Below, in pieces: positions 9,838 to 19,445 of a stretch of DNA of 64,000 nucleotides. Below the pieces are notes generated by a model. That model made no database searches. It was not told where the DNA came from and worked only from the letters and a program-made list of their open reading frames with translations. Numbering within the stretch: position 1 is the first letter of the stretch; the number at the start of each line of letters is the position of its first letter. Source of the DNA: Gammaproteobacteria bacterium (GTDB taxonomy: Bacteria; Pseudomonadota; Gammaproteobacteria; Burkholderiales; SG8-41); contig JBGPFE010000003.1 of the NCBI GenBank assembly GCA_041483135.1, positions 72,563-136,562 of the forward strand. Direction: 5' to 3'. The position numbers and the translations under genes were made by a program.

Positions 9838-10749
9838 AATCGGTACCGCCTCGATCAATTGCTCGGCGACATCGGCGCCGTTGATGCGCGTGTTGTCGCG
9901 CGCGACGTATAGCCGGTGGCCGACCACGCCAGGAACGATCGCCTGGACATCCTCCGGCAGAACCTGGCTGCGGCCGTCCATCATCGCCCAGGCGCGCGCC
10001 GCGTTGAGCAACGCGAGGGCGGCGCGCGGCGACAGGCCGTTGACGTAATCGGGCGACTTGCGGCTGTAGTCGACGAGCGCCTGCAGATAATCGAGCAATG
10101 CGCCGGAAGCATGAACTTCGCGTGCAGTGCGTTGCAGCGCGACCAGGTCCGCGGGCTGCATGCAGGGTGCGAGCCGCGGCAGCAGGTCCCGGCGGTCGAC
10201 CCCCTGCAGCAGCGCGCGTTCGGCGTCCGTATCGGGATAGCCGAGCTCGATGCGCATCAGAAAGCGGTCGAGCTGCGATTCCGGCAGCGGGAACGTGCCG
10301 ATCTGGTGCGACGGGTTCTGGGTCGCAATCACGAAAAACGGCTCGGGTAGCGGTCGCGTTTCGCCTTCCGCCGTGACCTGGTGTTCTTCCATCGCCTCGA
10401 GCAGCGCGCTCTGGGTCTTGGGCGTGGCGCGGTTGACTTCGTCGGCCAGTATGACCTGCGCGAATATCGGGCCCGGGTGGAAGCGGAACGCGCTCGCTTC
10501 GCGATCAAAGATCGACACGCCGAGGATATCGGCGGGCAACAGGTCGCTGGTGAACTGGATGCGCTGGAACTGCAGGCCCAGTGACGTCGCCAACGCATGC
10601 GCGAGCGTGGTTTTGCCGACGCCCGGGATGTCCTCGATCAGCAGGTGGCCGCGCGCCATCATGCAGGCGATCGCCAGCCGGATCTGGTGTTCCTTGCCGA
10701 GGATAACCTGGCCTACCTGGCGTACGACGCGGTCGAGTTGCGGGTCCAT
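9832..10749 (-). CDS. moxR: MoxR-family AAA+ ATPase
   Basis: EDIPGVGKT, RIQFTSDLLPADI, LADEVNRATPKTQSALLEAM, PLPESQLDRF. Confidence 0.95.
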   Translation of the reverse strand: MDPQLDRVVRQVGQVILGKEHQIRLAIACMMARGHLLIEDIPGVGKTTLAHALATSLGLQFQRIQFTSDLLPADILGVSIFDREASAFRFHPGPIFAQVILADEVNRATPKTQSALLEAMEEHQVTAEGETRPLPEPFFVIATQNPSHQIGTFPLPESQLDRFLMRIELGYPDTDAERALLQGVDRRDLLPRLAPCMQPADLVALQRTAREVHASGALLDYLQALVDYSRKSPDYVNGLSPRAALALLNAARAWAMMDGRSQVLPEDVQAIVPGVVGHRLYVARDNTRINGADVAEQLIEAVPIP

Positions 10750-10779
10750 TTGACTCGCAATTGTAGCTTAACGGGGGAG

Positions 10780-10863
10780 GGTGAATGGGAAATAGGAAAT
10801 GGGGAATAGTCACCCGCAAAGTACTCACATGTCAGGATGACCCTTTACCATTCCCTGTTACCT
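10780..10863. repeat. Second 7-nt periodic palindrome
   Basis: Left arm GGTGAAT GGGAAAT AGGAAAT GGGGAAT. Right arm CTTTACC ATTCCCT GTTACCT. Confidence 0.65.
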
Positions 10864-11389
10864 GGAGATTCTTGGTGACGCGCACCTGAGTCGGGTCTGT
10901 GGCGTCCATTTCGGCATGAAACCCGAGGCAGGAGACGAAGTGCAGCATCTTGTGGTTGCTCGCCAGCACCTCGCCGATCATTTTCTTGAGCCCGCGCCGG
11001 CGCGCTGCCTCGATCAGTAATTGCATCAACGCGGTCGCGATGCCTTTTCTCTGCCAGCCATCGCCGACCACGATCGCGAATTCGCAATCCTCGCCATTCG
11101 GGAACACCACGTAGCGGCCGACCGCAATTTCAGTTTCCTTGCCGGCATGCCTGGTGACCGCGATCAGCGCCATCTGGTTGTGGTAATCGATGTCCGTCAG
11201 TTGCTTCAGCATCTGCGGCGACAGCTCGCGCAGCATGTCCATGAAGCGGTAGTAGCGCGATTCATCGGACAGGCCGCGCACGAATGACTGCTCGATGTTG
11301 GCGTCCTCCGCGCGGATCGGACGAATCGTGATCCGGGTGCCGTCGCTGAGGTGTAGCGTCTTGATCAGGTGGTCGGGATAAGGTTGCAT
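10832..11389 (-). CDS. GNAT N-acetyltransferase resembling the GNAT domain of Pat-type protein lysine acetyltransferases
   Basis: IRPIRAED, LSDESRYYRF, CEFAIVVGDGWQRKGIA, VLASNHKM. Confidence 0.9.
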   Translation of the reverse strand: MQPYPDHLIKTLHLSDGTRITIRPIRAEDANIEQSFVRGLSDESRYYRFMDMLRELSPQMLKQLTDIDYHNQMALIAVTRHAGKETEIAVGRYVVFPNGEDCEFAIVVGDGWQRKGIATALMQLLIEAARRRGLKKMIGEVLASNHKMLHFVSCLGFHAEMDATDPTQVRVTKNLQVTGNGKGSS

Positions 11390-11527
11390 CAACCGGGATC
11401 AGTTTCAACTGGCTTCAGATTTTAACCCGGCGCTCAACGGGCGGGGTGCGAGTGCTGATTAGACAATGCCATGTACCGCGGATAAGATGATTTTGCCGCC
11501 GGCCCTAGGCGGCGGCAGAGGACAAGC

Positions 11528-12451
11528 TTGAGCACCGCATACATCACGCATCCCGATTGCCTGCTGCATAACATGGGCGCCTCGCATCCCGAGTGCCCGG
11601 CGCGCTTGCAGGCGGTAGATGACCAGTTGATCGTCTCCGGCCTCGGCAACTTTCTGCTGCATGCCGAAGCGCCTCTGGCGCAACGCAAGCACCTCGAGCG
11701 CGTGCACGATCTGCGCTACATCGAGGCGATCGAAAGTACGGTGCCGCAAGACGGACTGGTGCATCTGGATCCCGACACCGCGATGTGCCCGCACACGCTC
11801 AAGGCGGCGCTGCGCGCGGCGGGTGCGGCGGTGATGGCGGCCGATATGGTAATGAGCGGCGAAGCCGAGACTGCATTCTGCAATATCAGGCCACCAGGGC
11901 ATCATGCCGAGCGTGGCCGCGCGATGGGATTCTGCGTATTCAACAACGTCGCGGTCGCCGCGGCGCACGCACTCGGGCACCATGGGCTGAAGCGCGTTGC
12001 AATCGCCGATTTCGACGTGCATCACGGCAACGGCACCGAGAATATCTTCAGCAACGACGAGCGGGTGCTGATGGTATCGACGTTCCAGCACCCGTTCTAT
12101 CCTTACAGCGGCGTCGAGGGACGTTCCGAGCGCATGGTCAACATTCCGCTGGCAGCTTACAGCTCGGGCAAGGAGTTTCGCGCAGCAGTGCAGGAGCATT
12201 GGCTGCCGGCGCTTGAACGGTTCAAGCCCGAAATGCTGTTCATCTCCGCCGGGTTCGATGCGCACCGCGACGACGATATGGCGATGCTGCAGCTCATAGA
12301 GTCCGACTACGCGTGGGTCACCCAGCAGCTCAAGACGGTTGCCGATAAATATGCGCAGGGGCGGATAGTCTCACTGCTCGAGGGCGGCTACGAGCTGCAT
12401 GCGCTCGGGCGCAGCGTCGCAACTCACCTGAAAGTGCTGGCCGGGCTGTAG
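11528..12451 (+). CDS. Zn-dependent histone-deacetylase family protein (AcuC/AphA-like)
   Basis: HPECPAR, RPPGHHA, GFCVFNN, DFDVHHGNGT, SAGFDAH, LEGGY. Confidence 0.96.
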   Translation: MSTAYITHPDCLLHNMGASHPECPARLQAVDDQLIVSGLGNFLLHAEAPLAQRKHLERVHDLRYIEAIESTVPQDGLVHLDPDTAMCPHTLKAALRAAGAAVMAADMVMSGEAETAFCNIRPPGHHAERGRAMGFCVFNNVAVAAAHALGHHGLKRVAIADFDVHHGNGTENIFSNDERVLMVSTFQHPFYPYSGVEGRSERMVNIPLAAYSSGKEFRAAVQEHWLPALERFKPEMLFISAGFDAHRDDDMAMLQLIESDYAWVTQQLKTVADKYAQGRIVSLLEGGYELHALGRSVATHLKVLAGL

Positions 12452-12471
12452 GCCGGCTGGCGCAAGCGGAT

Positions 12472-12843
12472 TCAGTTCAGCAGTACGGCCGCCACCACGT
12501 TACGGGCTTCGGCCACCAGAATGTTGTAGGTGCGACAGGCGGCGGGGGTATCCATCACTTCCAGCCCGATGCGCGCTTGCGCCAGACAATGCGACAGGGC
12601 GGGCGGCGGAAAGCGCAGCGTCCTGCCGGTGCCGAGCAGCACGATTTCGGGCTTGAGCGTGAGCAGGAACTCGAAATGGCTCGCGTTTAAATCGTCCCAA
12701 CATGCGAGCGGCCAGTTCTCGATGACGCGCTCCGGCGTCACCACCAGGTTGCGTTCGTGGCGCACGTTGTTGACCGCCACGTAGCCCGTGCCGTGACCCG
12801 TGAACAGGTTGAGGCCGGTCGTATTCTGAAGTTGGAATTTCAC
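12472..12843 (-). CDS. Mth938-like (DUF498) protein
   Basis: PEIVLLGTG, GLEVMDTPAACRTYNIL. Divergent from alaC. Confidence 0.9.
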   Translation of the reverse strand: MKFQLQNTTGLNLFTGHGTGYVAVNNVRHERNLVVTPERVIENWPLACWDDLNASHFEFLLTLKPEIVLLGTGRTLRFPPPALSHCLAQARIGLEVMDTPAACRTYNILVAEARNVVAAVLLN

Positions 12844-12926
12844 GCAAATCAGATTTGCCGCGGAGGTGCGGCTCAGCGTAAAATTATACGCTTTTTCACG
12901 CCCTTAGCCGATTTTCACCGACCGCC

Positions 12927-14111
12927 ATGGAAGAATTTGCCCGCATCAAGCGCCTGCCGCCGTACGTATTTAACATCACGGCGGAACTGAAGGCCACCGC
13001 GCGCAAGCGCGGTGAGGACGTGATCGACCTCTCCATGGGCAATCCCGACCAGCCGACGCCGCGCCACATCGTCGACAAGCTGATCGAGTCCGTGCAGCGC
13101 CCTGATACGCACCGTTACTCGGTGTCGAAAGGCATCCCGCGGCTGCGGCGCGCGATCTGCCACTGGTATCGGACGCGCTTCAACGTCGAGTTCGATCCGG
13201 ATTCCGAGGCGATCGTCACCATCGGCTCGAAGGAAGGCATCGCGCATCTCGCGCTGGCTACGCTCGATCGCGGCGACATAGTGCTGGTGCCGAATCCGAG
13301 TTATCCGATCCATATCTACGGCCCGGTGATCGCCGGCGCCGACATCCGGCACGTGCCAATGGTGGCGGGGGTCGACTTCTTCGAGATGCTGGAGCGCGCG
13401 ATCCGCGAATCGTACCCGAAGCCGAAGATGCTGATCGTCAATTTTCCGAGCAACCCGACCACGCAGTGCGTCGAGCTGCCATTTTTCGAGCGCCTGATCG
13501 CGATCGCGCGCGAGCATCATGTTTACGTCGTGCACGATCTCGCGTATGCCGACATCGTGTTCGATGGCTACCGCGCGCCGTCTATCATGGAGGTGCCTGG
13601 CGCGCGCGATATCGCGGTCGAATTCTTCACGTTGTCGAAAAGCTACAACATGGCGGGCTGGCGCGTCGGCTTCATGGTCGGCAACCGCGAGCTGGTCACG
13701 GCGCTCGCGCGCATGAAAAGTTACCATGATTACGGTACCTTCACGCCGATCCAGGTCGCCTCAATCATCGCGCTGGAAGGACCGCAAGAGTGTGTCGAGG
13801 AAGTGCGCCTGACTTATCAGAAGCGCCGCGACGTGATGTGCGCGGGACTGGAGGCTGCAGGGTGGCACGTCGAGAGGCCGCGCGCGACGATGTACATATG
13901 GGCGAAGATCCCGGAGCAATACCAAAAGATGGGGTCGCTCGAGTTCTCCAAGAAACTTCTGGCGGATGCCAGGGTTGCCGTGTCGCCTGGCGTCGGTTTT
14001 GGCGAATATGGCGACGACCACGTGCGATTTGCATTGATAGAGAATGAGGCTCGTACGCGGCAGGCGCTGCGGGGCATCAAGGACATGTTCCGCAAGGACG
14101 GTTTGTTATGA
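12927..14111 (+). CDS. alaC: Alanine transaminase AlaC
   Basis: [40 protein letters not shown]. First gene of the alaC-hom-thrC cluster. Confidence 0.92.
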   Translation: MEEFARIKRLPPYVFNITAELKATARKRGEDVIDLSMGNPDQPTPRHIVDKLIESVQRPDTHRYSVSKGIPRLRRAICHWYRTRFNVEFDPDSEAIVTIGSKEGIAHLALATLDRGDIVLVPNPSYPIHIYGPVIAGADIRHVPMVAGVDFFEMLERAIRESYPKPKMLIVNFPSNPTTQCVELPFFERLIAIAREHHVYVVHDLAYADIVFDGYRAPSIMEVPGARDIAVEFFTLSKSYNMAGWRVGFMVGNRELVTALARMKSYHDYGTFTPIQVASIIALEGPQECVEEVRLTYQKRRDVMCAGLEAAGWHVERPRATMYIWAKIPEQYQKMGSLEFSKKLLADARVAVSPGVGFGEYGDDHVRFALIENEARTRQALRGIKDMFRKDGLL

Positions 14112-15424
14112 AACCCATCCATGTAGGCTTGCTCGGCATCGGCACGGTCGGCAGCGGCACGTTCGAAGTGTTGGCGCGCAACCAGGAAGAGATCACGCGC
14201 CGTGCCGGCCGCGGCATTGTGATCACGATGGTCGCCGACAAGGAAGTGGAAAAGGCGCGCAAGCTCGTCGGCAAAGCGGCGGCCGTGACGGCGGACGCAT
14301 TCGAGGTGGTGACCCATCCCGATATCGACATCGTGGTCGAGCTGATCGGTGGCACGACGGTCGCGCAGCAATTGATCCTGAAGGCAATCGAAAACGGGAA
14401 GCACGTCGTCACCGCCAATAAGGCGCTGCTCGCAACCCGCGGCAACGAGATTTTCGCCGCGGCGCAGAAGAAGGACGTGATGGTGGCGTTCGAGGCCGCG
14501 GTCGCGGGTGGCATCCCGATCATCAAGGCGCTGCGCGAGGGTTTGACCGCCAACCGCATCGAATGGATCGCCGGTATCATCAACGGCACGAGCAATTTTA
14601 TTTTGTCCGAGATGCGCGACAAGGGCGCGAGCTTCGAGACCGTGTTGAAGGAAGCGCAGCGGCTCGGTTACGCGGAAGCCGATCCGACGTTCGACATCGA
14701 GGGCATCGATGCCGCGCACAAGCTCACCATCATGGCGGCGATTTCGTTCGGCATTCCGATGCGTTTCATGGACGCGTATACCGAGGGCATTTCCAAGCTG
14801 ACTGCGGCGGACATCCGCTATGCGGAAGAACTCGGCTACCGTATCAAGCTGCTCGGCATCACCAAGCGCACGCCCAAGGGCATCGAGTTGCGCGTGCATC
14901 CGACGCTGATCCCGACGCGCCGCCTGATCGCCAACGTCGAGGGGGTGATGAACGCGATCCTGGTCAAAGGCGATGCGGTCGGCGCGACGATGTACTACGG
15001 TGCAGGAGCGGGTGCCTACCCGACCGCATCGTCGGTGATCGCCGATCTGGTCGACGTCACTCGCATGCACACCGCCGATCCGGAGCATCGCGTGCCGCAT
15101 CTCGCGTTCCAGCCGGACCAGCTCTCCAGCGTGCCGATCCTGCCGATCACCGAGGTCGAGACCTCGTACTACCTGCGCATGCGGGTGCACGACCGGCCGG
15201 GCGTGCTCGCCGATATCACGCGCGCTCTTGCCGACAGCGGCATATCGATCGACGCCATGATGCAGAAGGAGCCGCCGGAAGGCGAGGAGCAGGTCGACAT
15301 CATCATGCTGACGCACCTGACGGTCGAGAAGAGCATCAATGCCGCGATCGCCAGGATCGAGAAGCTGCCGGTGGTGGTCGGCAAGGTCACGCGCATCCGC
15401 ATGGAACAGCTGGGTGCGCATTAA
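14108..15424 (+). CDS. hom: Homoserine dehydrogenase with C-terminal ACT domain
   Basis: [37 protein letters not shown]. Confidence 0.97.
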   Translation: MKPIHVGLLGIGTVGSGTFEVLARNQEEITRRAGRGIVITMVADKEVEKARKLVGKAAAVTADAFEVVTHPDIDIVVELIGGTTVAQQLILKAIENGKHVVTANKALLATRGNEIFAAAQKKDVMVAFEAAVAGGIPIIKALREGLTANRIEWIAGIINGTSNFILSEMRDKGASFETVLKEAQRLGYAEADPTFDIEGIDAAHKLTIMAAISFGIPMRFMDAYTEGISKLTAADIRYAEELGYRIKLLGITKRTPKGIELRVHPTLIPTRRLIANVEGVMNAILVKGDAVGATMYYGAGAGAYPTASSVIADLVDVTRMHTADPEHRVPHLAFQPDQLSSVPILPITEVETSYYLRMRVHDRPGVLADITRALADSGISIDAMMQKEPPEGEEQVDIIMLTHLTVEKSINAAIARIEKLPVVVGKVTRIRMEQLGAH

Positions 15425-15436
15425 CCGCTGGTGCGT

Positions 15437-16852
15437 ATGCGCTACGTAAGCACCCGTGGCGGCGCTACCGCCGCCGGCTTTTCCGACATACTGCTCGGCG
15501 GACTGATGGAGGACGGCGGTCTCGCCGTGCCGGAAGCCTACCCGCAGATCGCGGACGCCGAGCTTGCCGCCTGGCGCCGGTACAGCTATCGCGAACTCGC
15601 CTGTGAAATCATGCGCCGCTACGCCGGCGACATCCCGCCGGCCGACCTCAAGCGCATCGTGGATCGCACTTATACCGCCGCGGTGTTCCGCTCGGACGAA
15701 ATAACTCCGGTGCGGCCACTGGAGCGCGGCGTCTACATTCTCGGTTTGTCGCACGGGCCGACGCTCGCGTTCAAGGACATCGCGATGCAGTTGCTCGGCA
15801 ATCTGTTCGAGCACGCGCTCGCCAGGAGCAGGGCCGAGCTGAATATCCTGGGTGCAACTTCCGGCGACACCGGTCCGGCGGCGGAATACGCGATGCGGGG
15901 AAAACGCGGCATCCGCGTGTTCATGCTGTCTCCGCACCAGAAGATGAGCCCGTTTCAGACCGCGCAGATGTTCTCGCTGCAGGACGCCAACATCTTCAAT
16001 ATCGCAATCCGCGGCGTGTTCGACGACTGCCAGGACATCGTAAAGAGCGTCAGCAACGACCTCCAATTCAAGGCCCGCCACCGGATAGGCACGGTCAACT
16101 CGATCAACTGGGCGCGCGTGGTGGCGCAGGTCGTGTATTACTTCAAGGCCTATCTCGCAGTGACCGAATCCAACGCGCAGCAGGTATCGTTCGCGGTGCC
16201 ATCGGGCAACTTCGGCAACGTCTGCGCCGGGCACATTGCGCGCTCGATGGGGCTGCCGATCAGGAAACTGATAGTCGCGACCAACGAGAACGACGTGCTC
16301 GATGAATTTTTCCGCACCGGTGCCTACCGCGTGCGCCCCGGCGGCGAGGTCCGGCATACGAGCAGCCCGTCGATGGACATCTCGAAGGCGTCTAACTTCG
16401 AGCGCTTTGTCTACGATCTGACCGGCAGGGATGCTGCGCTGGTGAAGCGGTTGTGGCAGCAGATCGAGCGCGACGGCAAGTTCGATTTATCGCGCACGCC
16501 GCATTTCTCGCGCATCGCCGATTACGGCTTCATCTCCGGTTCGAGTTCGCACCGGAACCGGCTCGACACCATCCGCCGTGTTTACCGCGACCATGGCCAG
16601 ATCATCGACACCCATACCGCCGACGGCATCAAAGTGGGGCTCGAGAATCGCGAAGAAGGCGTGCCGCTGATATGTCTCGAGACGGCGCTGCCGGTCAAGT
16701 TTGCGGCGGCGATCCGCGAAGCGCTCGGCCGCGATCCCGAAGTGCCGGCCGGAATGGAAAATCTGGAACGCCTGCCGCAGCGCTTCACCGTGCTCGATCC
16801 CGACGTCATCGCGGTCGAGGATTTCATCGTCCGCAACAGCGGCGGCCGATAA
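15437..16852 (+). CDS. thrC: Threonine synthase
   Basis: MRYVSTRG, HGPTLAFKD, ATSGDTG, NSINWAR, VPSGNFGN. Confidence 0.97.
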   Translation: MRYVSTRGGATAAGFSDILLGGLMEDGGLAVPEAYPQIADAELAAWRRYSYRELACEIMRRYAGDIPPADLKRIVDRTYTAAVFRSDEITPVRPLERGVYILGLSHGPTLAFKDIAMQLLGNLFEHALARSRAELNILGATSGDTGPAAEYAMRGKRGIRVFMLSPHQKMSPFQTAQMFSLQDANIFNIAIRGVFDDCQDIVKSVSNDLQFKARHRIGTVNSINWARVVAQVVYYFKAYLAVTESNAQQVSFAVPSGNFGNVCAGHIARSMGLPIRKLIVATNENDVLDEFFRTGAYRVRPGGEVRHTSSPSMDISKASNFERFVYDLTGRDAALVKRLWQQIERDGKFDLSRTPHFSRIADYGFISGSSSHRNRLDTIRRVYRDHGQIIDTHTADGIKVGLENREEGVPLICLETALPVKFAAAIREALGRDPEVPAGMENLERLPQRFTVLDPDVIAVEDFIVRNSGGR

Positions 16853-16859
16853 ACGCGCG

Positions 16860-17699
16860 CTATCCGCGTTCGAATCGCATCGACAGATCGATGGCCTTGA
16901 TATCCTTGGTCAGGCTGCCGACCGAAATGCGGTCGACACCGGTTTCAGCAATCGCGCGCACGTTGTCAAGCGTGATTCCGCCCGATGCTTCCAGCTCGGC
17001 GCGTCCGGCGGCGACCGTGACTGCCTCGCGCATCTGCGCGAGCGGCATGTTGTCGAGCAGTATCATCCTGGCGCCGGCAGCCAGCGCTTCGCGCAGCTGC
17101 GGCAGGTTTTCGACCTCGATCTGAATCCATATTCCCGGCGGAGCCACGCGCCGCGCCTCGTGCAGCGCGCCGGCGATGCTGCCGGCGGCCGCAACGTGGT
17201 TTTCCTTGATCAGGATTGCGTCGTAAAGCCCGCTACGGTGATTGACGCCGCCGCCGATCCGCACCGCGTATTTTTCGGCGCTGCGCAGGCCGGGCAGGGT
17301 CTTACGAGTATCGACGATCTTTGCTTTAGTACCCGCAACGGCGGCAACGTAACTTTGCGTTGCGGTGGCGACCGCGGACAACAGCTGCAGGAAATTAAGC
17401 GCGGTGCGCTCGGCGGTGAGCAGCGCGCGCGCCGCACCGCGCACCGTGCACAGTTTCTGGCCGGTGCCGACTTTGCCACCGTCGCCGACCAGCCAGTCGA
17501 TTTGAACCTTGGGATCGAGTCTGCTGCAACAGGCGTCGAACCATGGGACACCGCACACGACCGCACTTTCGCGGCTGATTACGCTTGCCTTGGCACTGGC
17601 AGTTGCCGCGATCAGCTGAGCAGTCCAGTCGCCGCCGCCGATGTCTTCGGCCAGCGCGGCGGTGACATTGCTCTCGATAACGGATGCTAAATCGTTCAA
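16860..17699 (-). CDS. nadC: Nicotinate-nucleotide diphosphorylase (carboxylating)
   Basis: ERTALNFLQ, DTRKTLPG, ILIKENH, ILLDNM, EASGG. Confidence 0.97.
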   Translation of the reverse strand: MNDLASVIESNVTAALAEDIGGGDWTAQLIAATASAKASVISRESAVVCGVPWFDACCSRLDPKVQIDWLVGDGGKVGTGQKLCTVRGAARALLTAERTALNFLQLLSAVATATQSYVAAVAGTKAKIVDTRKTLPGLRSAEKYAVRIGGGVNHRSGLYDAILIKENHVAAAGSIAGALHEARRVAPPGIWIQIEVENLPQLREALAAGARMILLDNMPLAQMREAVTVAAGRAELEASGGITLDNVRAIAETGVDRISVGSLTKDIKAIDLSMRFERG

Positions 17700-17747
17700 T
17701 TTGCACTATATTGGTTGTCAACTACAACCTTGAATTCTACCCGATAG

Positions 17748-19277
17748 GTGGCTGATATGACCGGAATCATGGGGGTGATTTCCTATGGCATCGGCACGAT
17801 CGTCGGCATGGTGATCGTCGGCACGCTGGTGTTCTGGTTCATACAGGACATCACCCAGAAGAAGCACACCGTATTGCGCAATTACCCGGTGATCGGGCGG
17901 CTGCGCTTTTTCTTCGAGGAGATGGGCGAGTACTTCAGGCAGTATTTTTTCGCCGGCGACCGCGAGGAAATGCCGTTCAACCGCGCCACCCGCGGCTGGA
18001 TTTACCGCGAAGCGAAGGGTGAAGGCGGCATCATCGGTTTCGGCTCGACCAACGATCTGCGCGAACCGGGGTCGATCATATTCGTCAATCACCCGTATCC
18101 GGTGCTGGAGGAAGACCGCCTGCCGACGCCGTCGCTGATGATCGGCGAAGGCTACTGCCGCCAGCCGTTCGAGGCGAGGTCGATCGTCAATATCTCGGGC
18201 ATGAGTTACGGCGCGATCTCGGCCCCCGCGGTGCGCTCGCTGTCGCGCGGCGCCGGATTGGCCGGCTGCTGGATGGACACCGGCGAGGGTGGGCTCGCGC
18301 CGTATCATCTCGAAGGCCATTGCGACGTCATCATGCAGATCGGCACCGCCAAATACGGCATTCGCGATCTCGATGGCAGTTTCTCAGCGGACAAAGCCAA
18401 AGAGCTTGCACGCGTGGTAAAGGCGTTCGAGATCAAGCTGTCGCAGGGCGCGAAACCGGGCAAAGGCGGGGTGCTGCCGGGCGCCAAGGTCACCGATGAA
18501 ATCGCGCGCATCCGCGGCATACCGGAAGGGCAGGATTCGATCAGCCCGAACCGGCATTACGACATCGCGAACGTCGATCAGTTGCTCGACAAGGTGGCGT
18601 ACATTCGCGAGCTCACCGGCCGCCCGGTCGGCGTCAAGACAGCGATCGGCGGCTGGGGTTTCATCAACGATTTGTGCAATGCCGTGTTGCGGCGCGGCAA
18701 GGAATACGCGCCCGATTTTCTGGCGATCGATGGCGGCGAAGGCGGCAGCGGCGCCGCACCGCAGACGCTGATGGATCATATGAGCCTGCCGATTGCCGAG
18801 GCGCTGCCGCGAGTGATCGATTCACTGCTGCAATCGGATCTCAAAAGCCGTGTCCGTGTGATTGCCGCCGGCAAGCTCGTGACCTCGGCGCGCGCGGCGT
18901 GGGCGCTATGCGTCGGCGCCGATTTCATCAACACCGCGCGCGGCTTCATGTTCGCGCTCGGTTGCATCCAGGCGTTGCGTTGCCACACCAACACCTGTCC
19001 GACCGGTGTCACCACGCACAACAAGCGGCTGCAGCGCGGTCTAGTGGTCGAGGAAAAATACCAGCGCGTCGCCAATTACGTGAAGAACATCAACAAGGAA
19101 ATCGACATGATCGCGCACTCGTGCGGCTGCCGCCACGCGCGCGAGCTGAAGCGCGAGCACGTGCGCATCGTGCAATCGGCGAACCACAGTATCGCGTTCA
19201 ATATGCTGTACCCGTACCCGACCGCAGGTTCCCGCACCGCAGCAAAAGCGACTCCGACCGCCTCGGCTGTGGCCTGA
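17748..19277 (+). CDS. FMN-binding glutamate synthase family protein (stand-alone)
   Basis: MSYGAIS, DTGEGG, EIKLSQGAKPGKGG, GCIQALRCHTNTCPTG (Fe-S cysteines). N-terminal TM segment. Confidence 0.92.
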   Translation: MADMTGIMGVISYGIGTIVGMVIVGTLVFWFIQDITQKKHTVLRNYPVIGRLRFFFEEMGEYFRQYFFAGDREEMPFNRATRGWIYREAKGEGGIIGFGSTNDLREPGSIIFVNHPYPVLEEDRLPTPSLMIGEGYCRQPFEARSIVNISGMSYGAISAPAVRSLSRGAGLAGCWMDTGEGGLAPYHLEGHCDVIMQIGTAKYGIRDLDGSFSADKAKELARVVKAFEIKLSQGAKPGKGGVLPGAKVTDEIARIRGIPEGQDSISPNRHYDIANVDQLLDKVAYIRELTGRPVGVKTAIGGWGFINDLCNAVLRRGKEYAPDFLAIDGGEGGSGAAPQTLMDHMSLPIAEALPRVIDSLLQSDLKSRVRVIAAGKLVTSARAAWALCVGADFINTARGFMFALGCIQALRCHTNTCPTGVTTHNKRLQRGLVVEEKYQRVANYVKNINKEIDMIAHSCGCRHARELKREHVRIVQSANHSIAFNMLYPYPTAGSRTAAKATPTASAVA

Positions 19278-19445
19278 AACGCGGCCGACGCCCGAATCAG
19301 GTTGCAAAGGGTGGCGAGGGTATTACAATCATGCAGGGAGCATATTTACAGAAAGGCGAACCGTAATCGGGGAAACACGCGACGAGCTAAAAAAAGAGCG
19401 TGGGTTTAGTGGTATGACAGTTGCACAAAACCAAAGGAGAGGGTC

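Noticed and set aside
13817-16357. 846-aa minus-strand ORF (and similar ones at 21849..23603, 28568..30124, 50912..52189)
   Set aside because: Antisense shadows of well-supported genes in GC-rich DNA, with no recognisable motifs.
19350-19430. Loose resemblance to a c-di-GMP-I riboswitch (GGCGAACC...GAAA...) upstream of the transporter
   Set aside because: I could not build the paired stems or the conserved junction. An Rfam covariance search would settle it.
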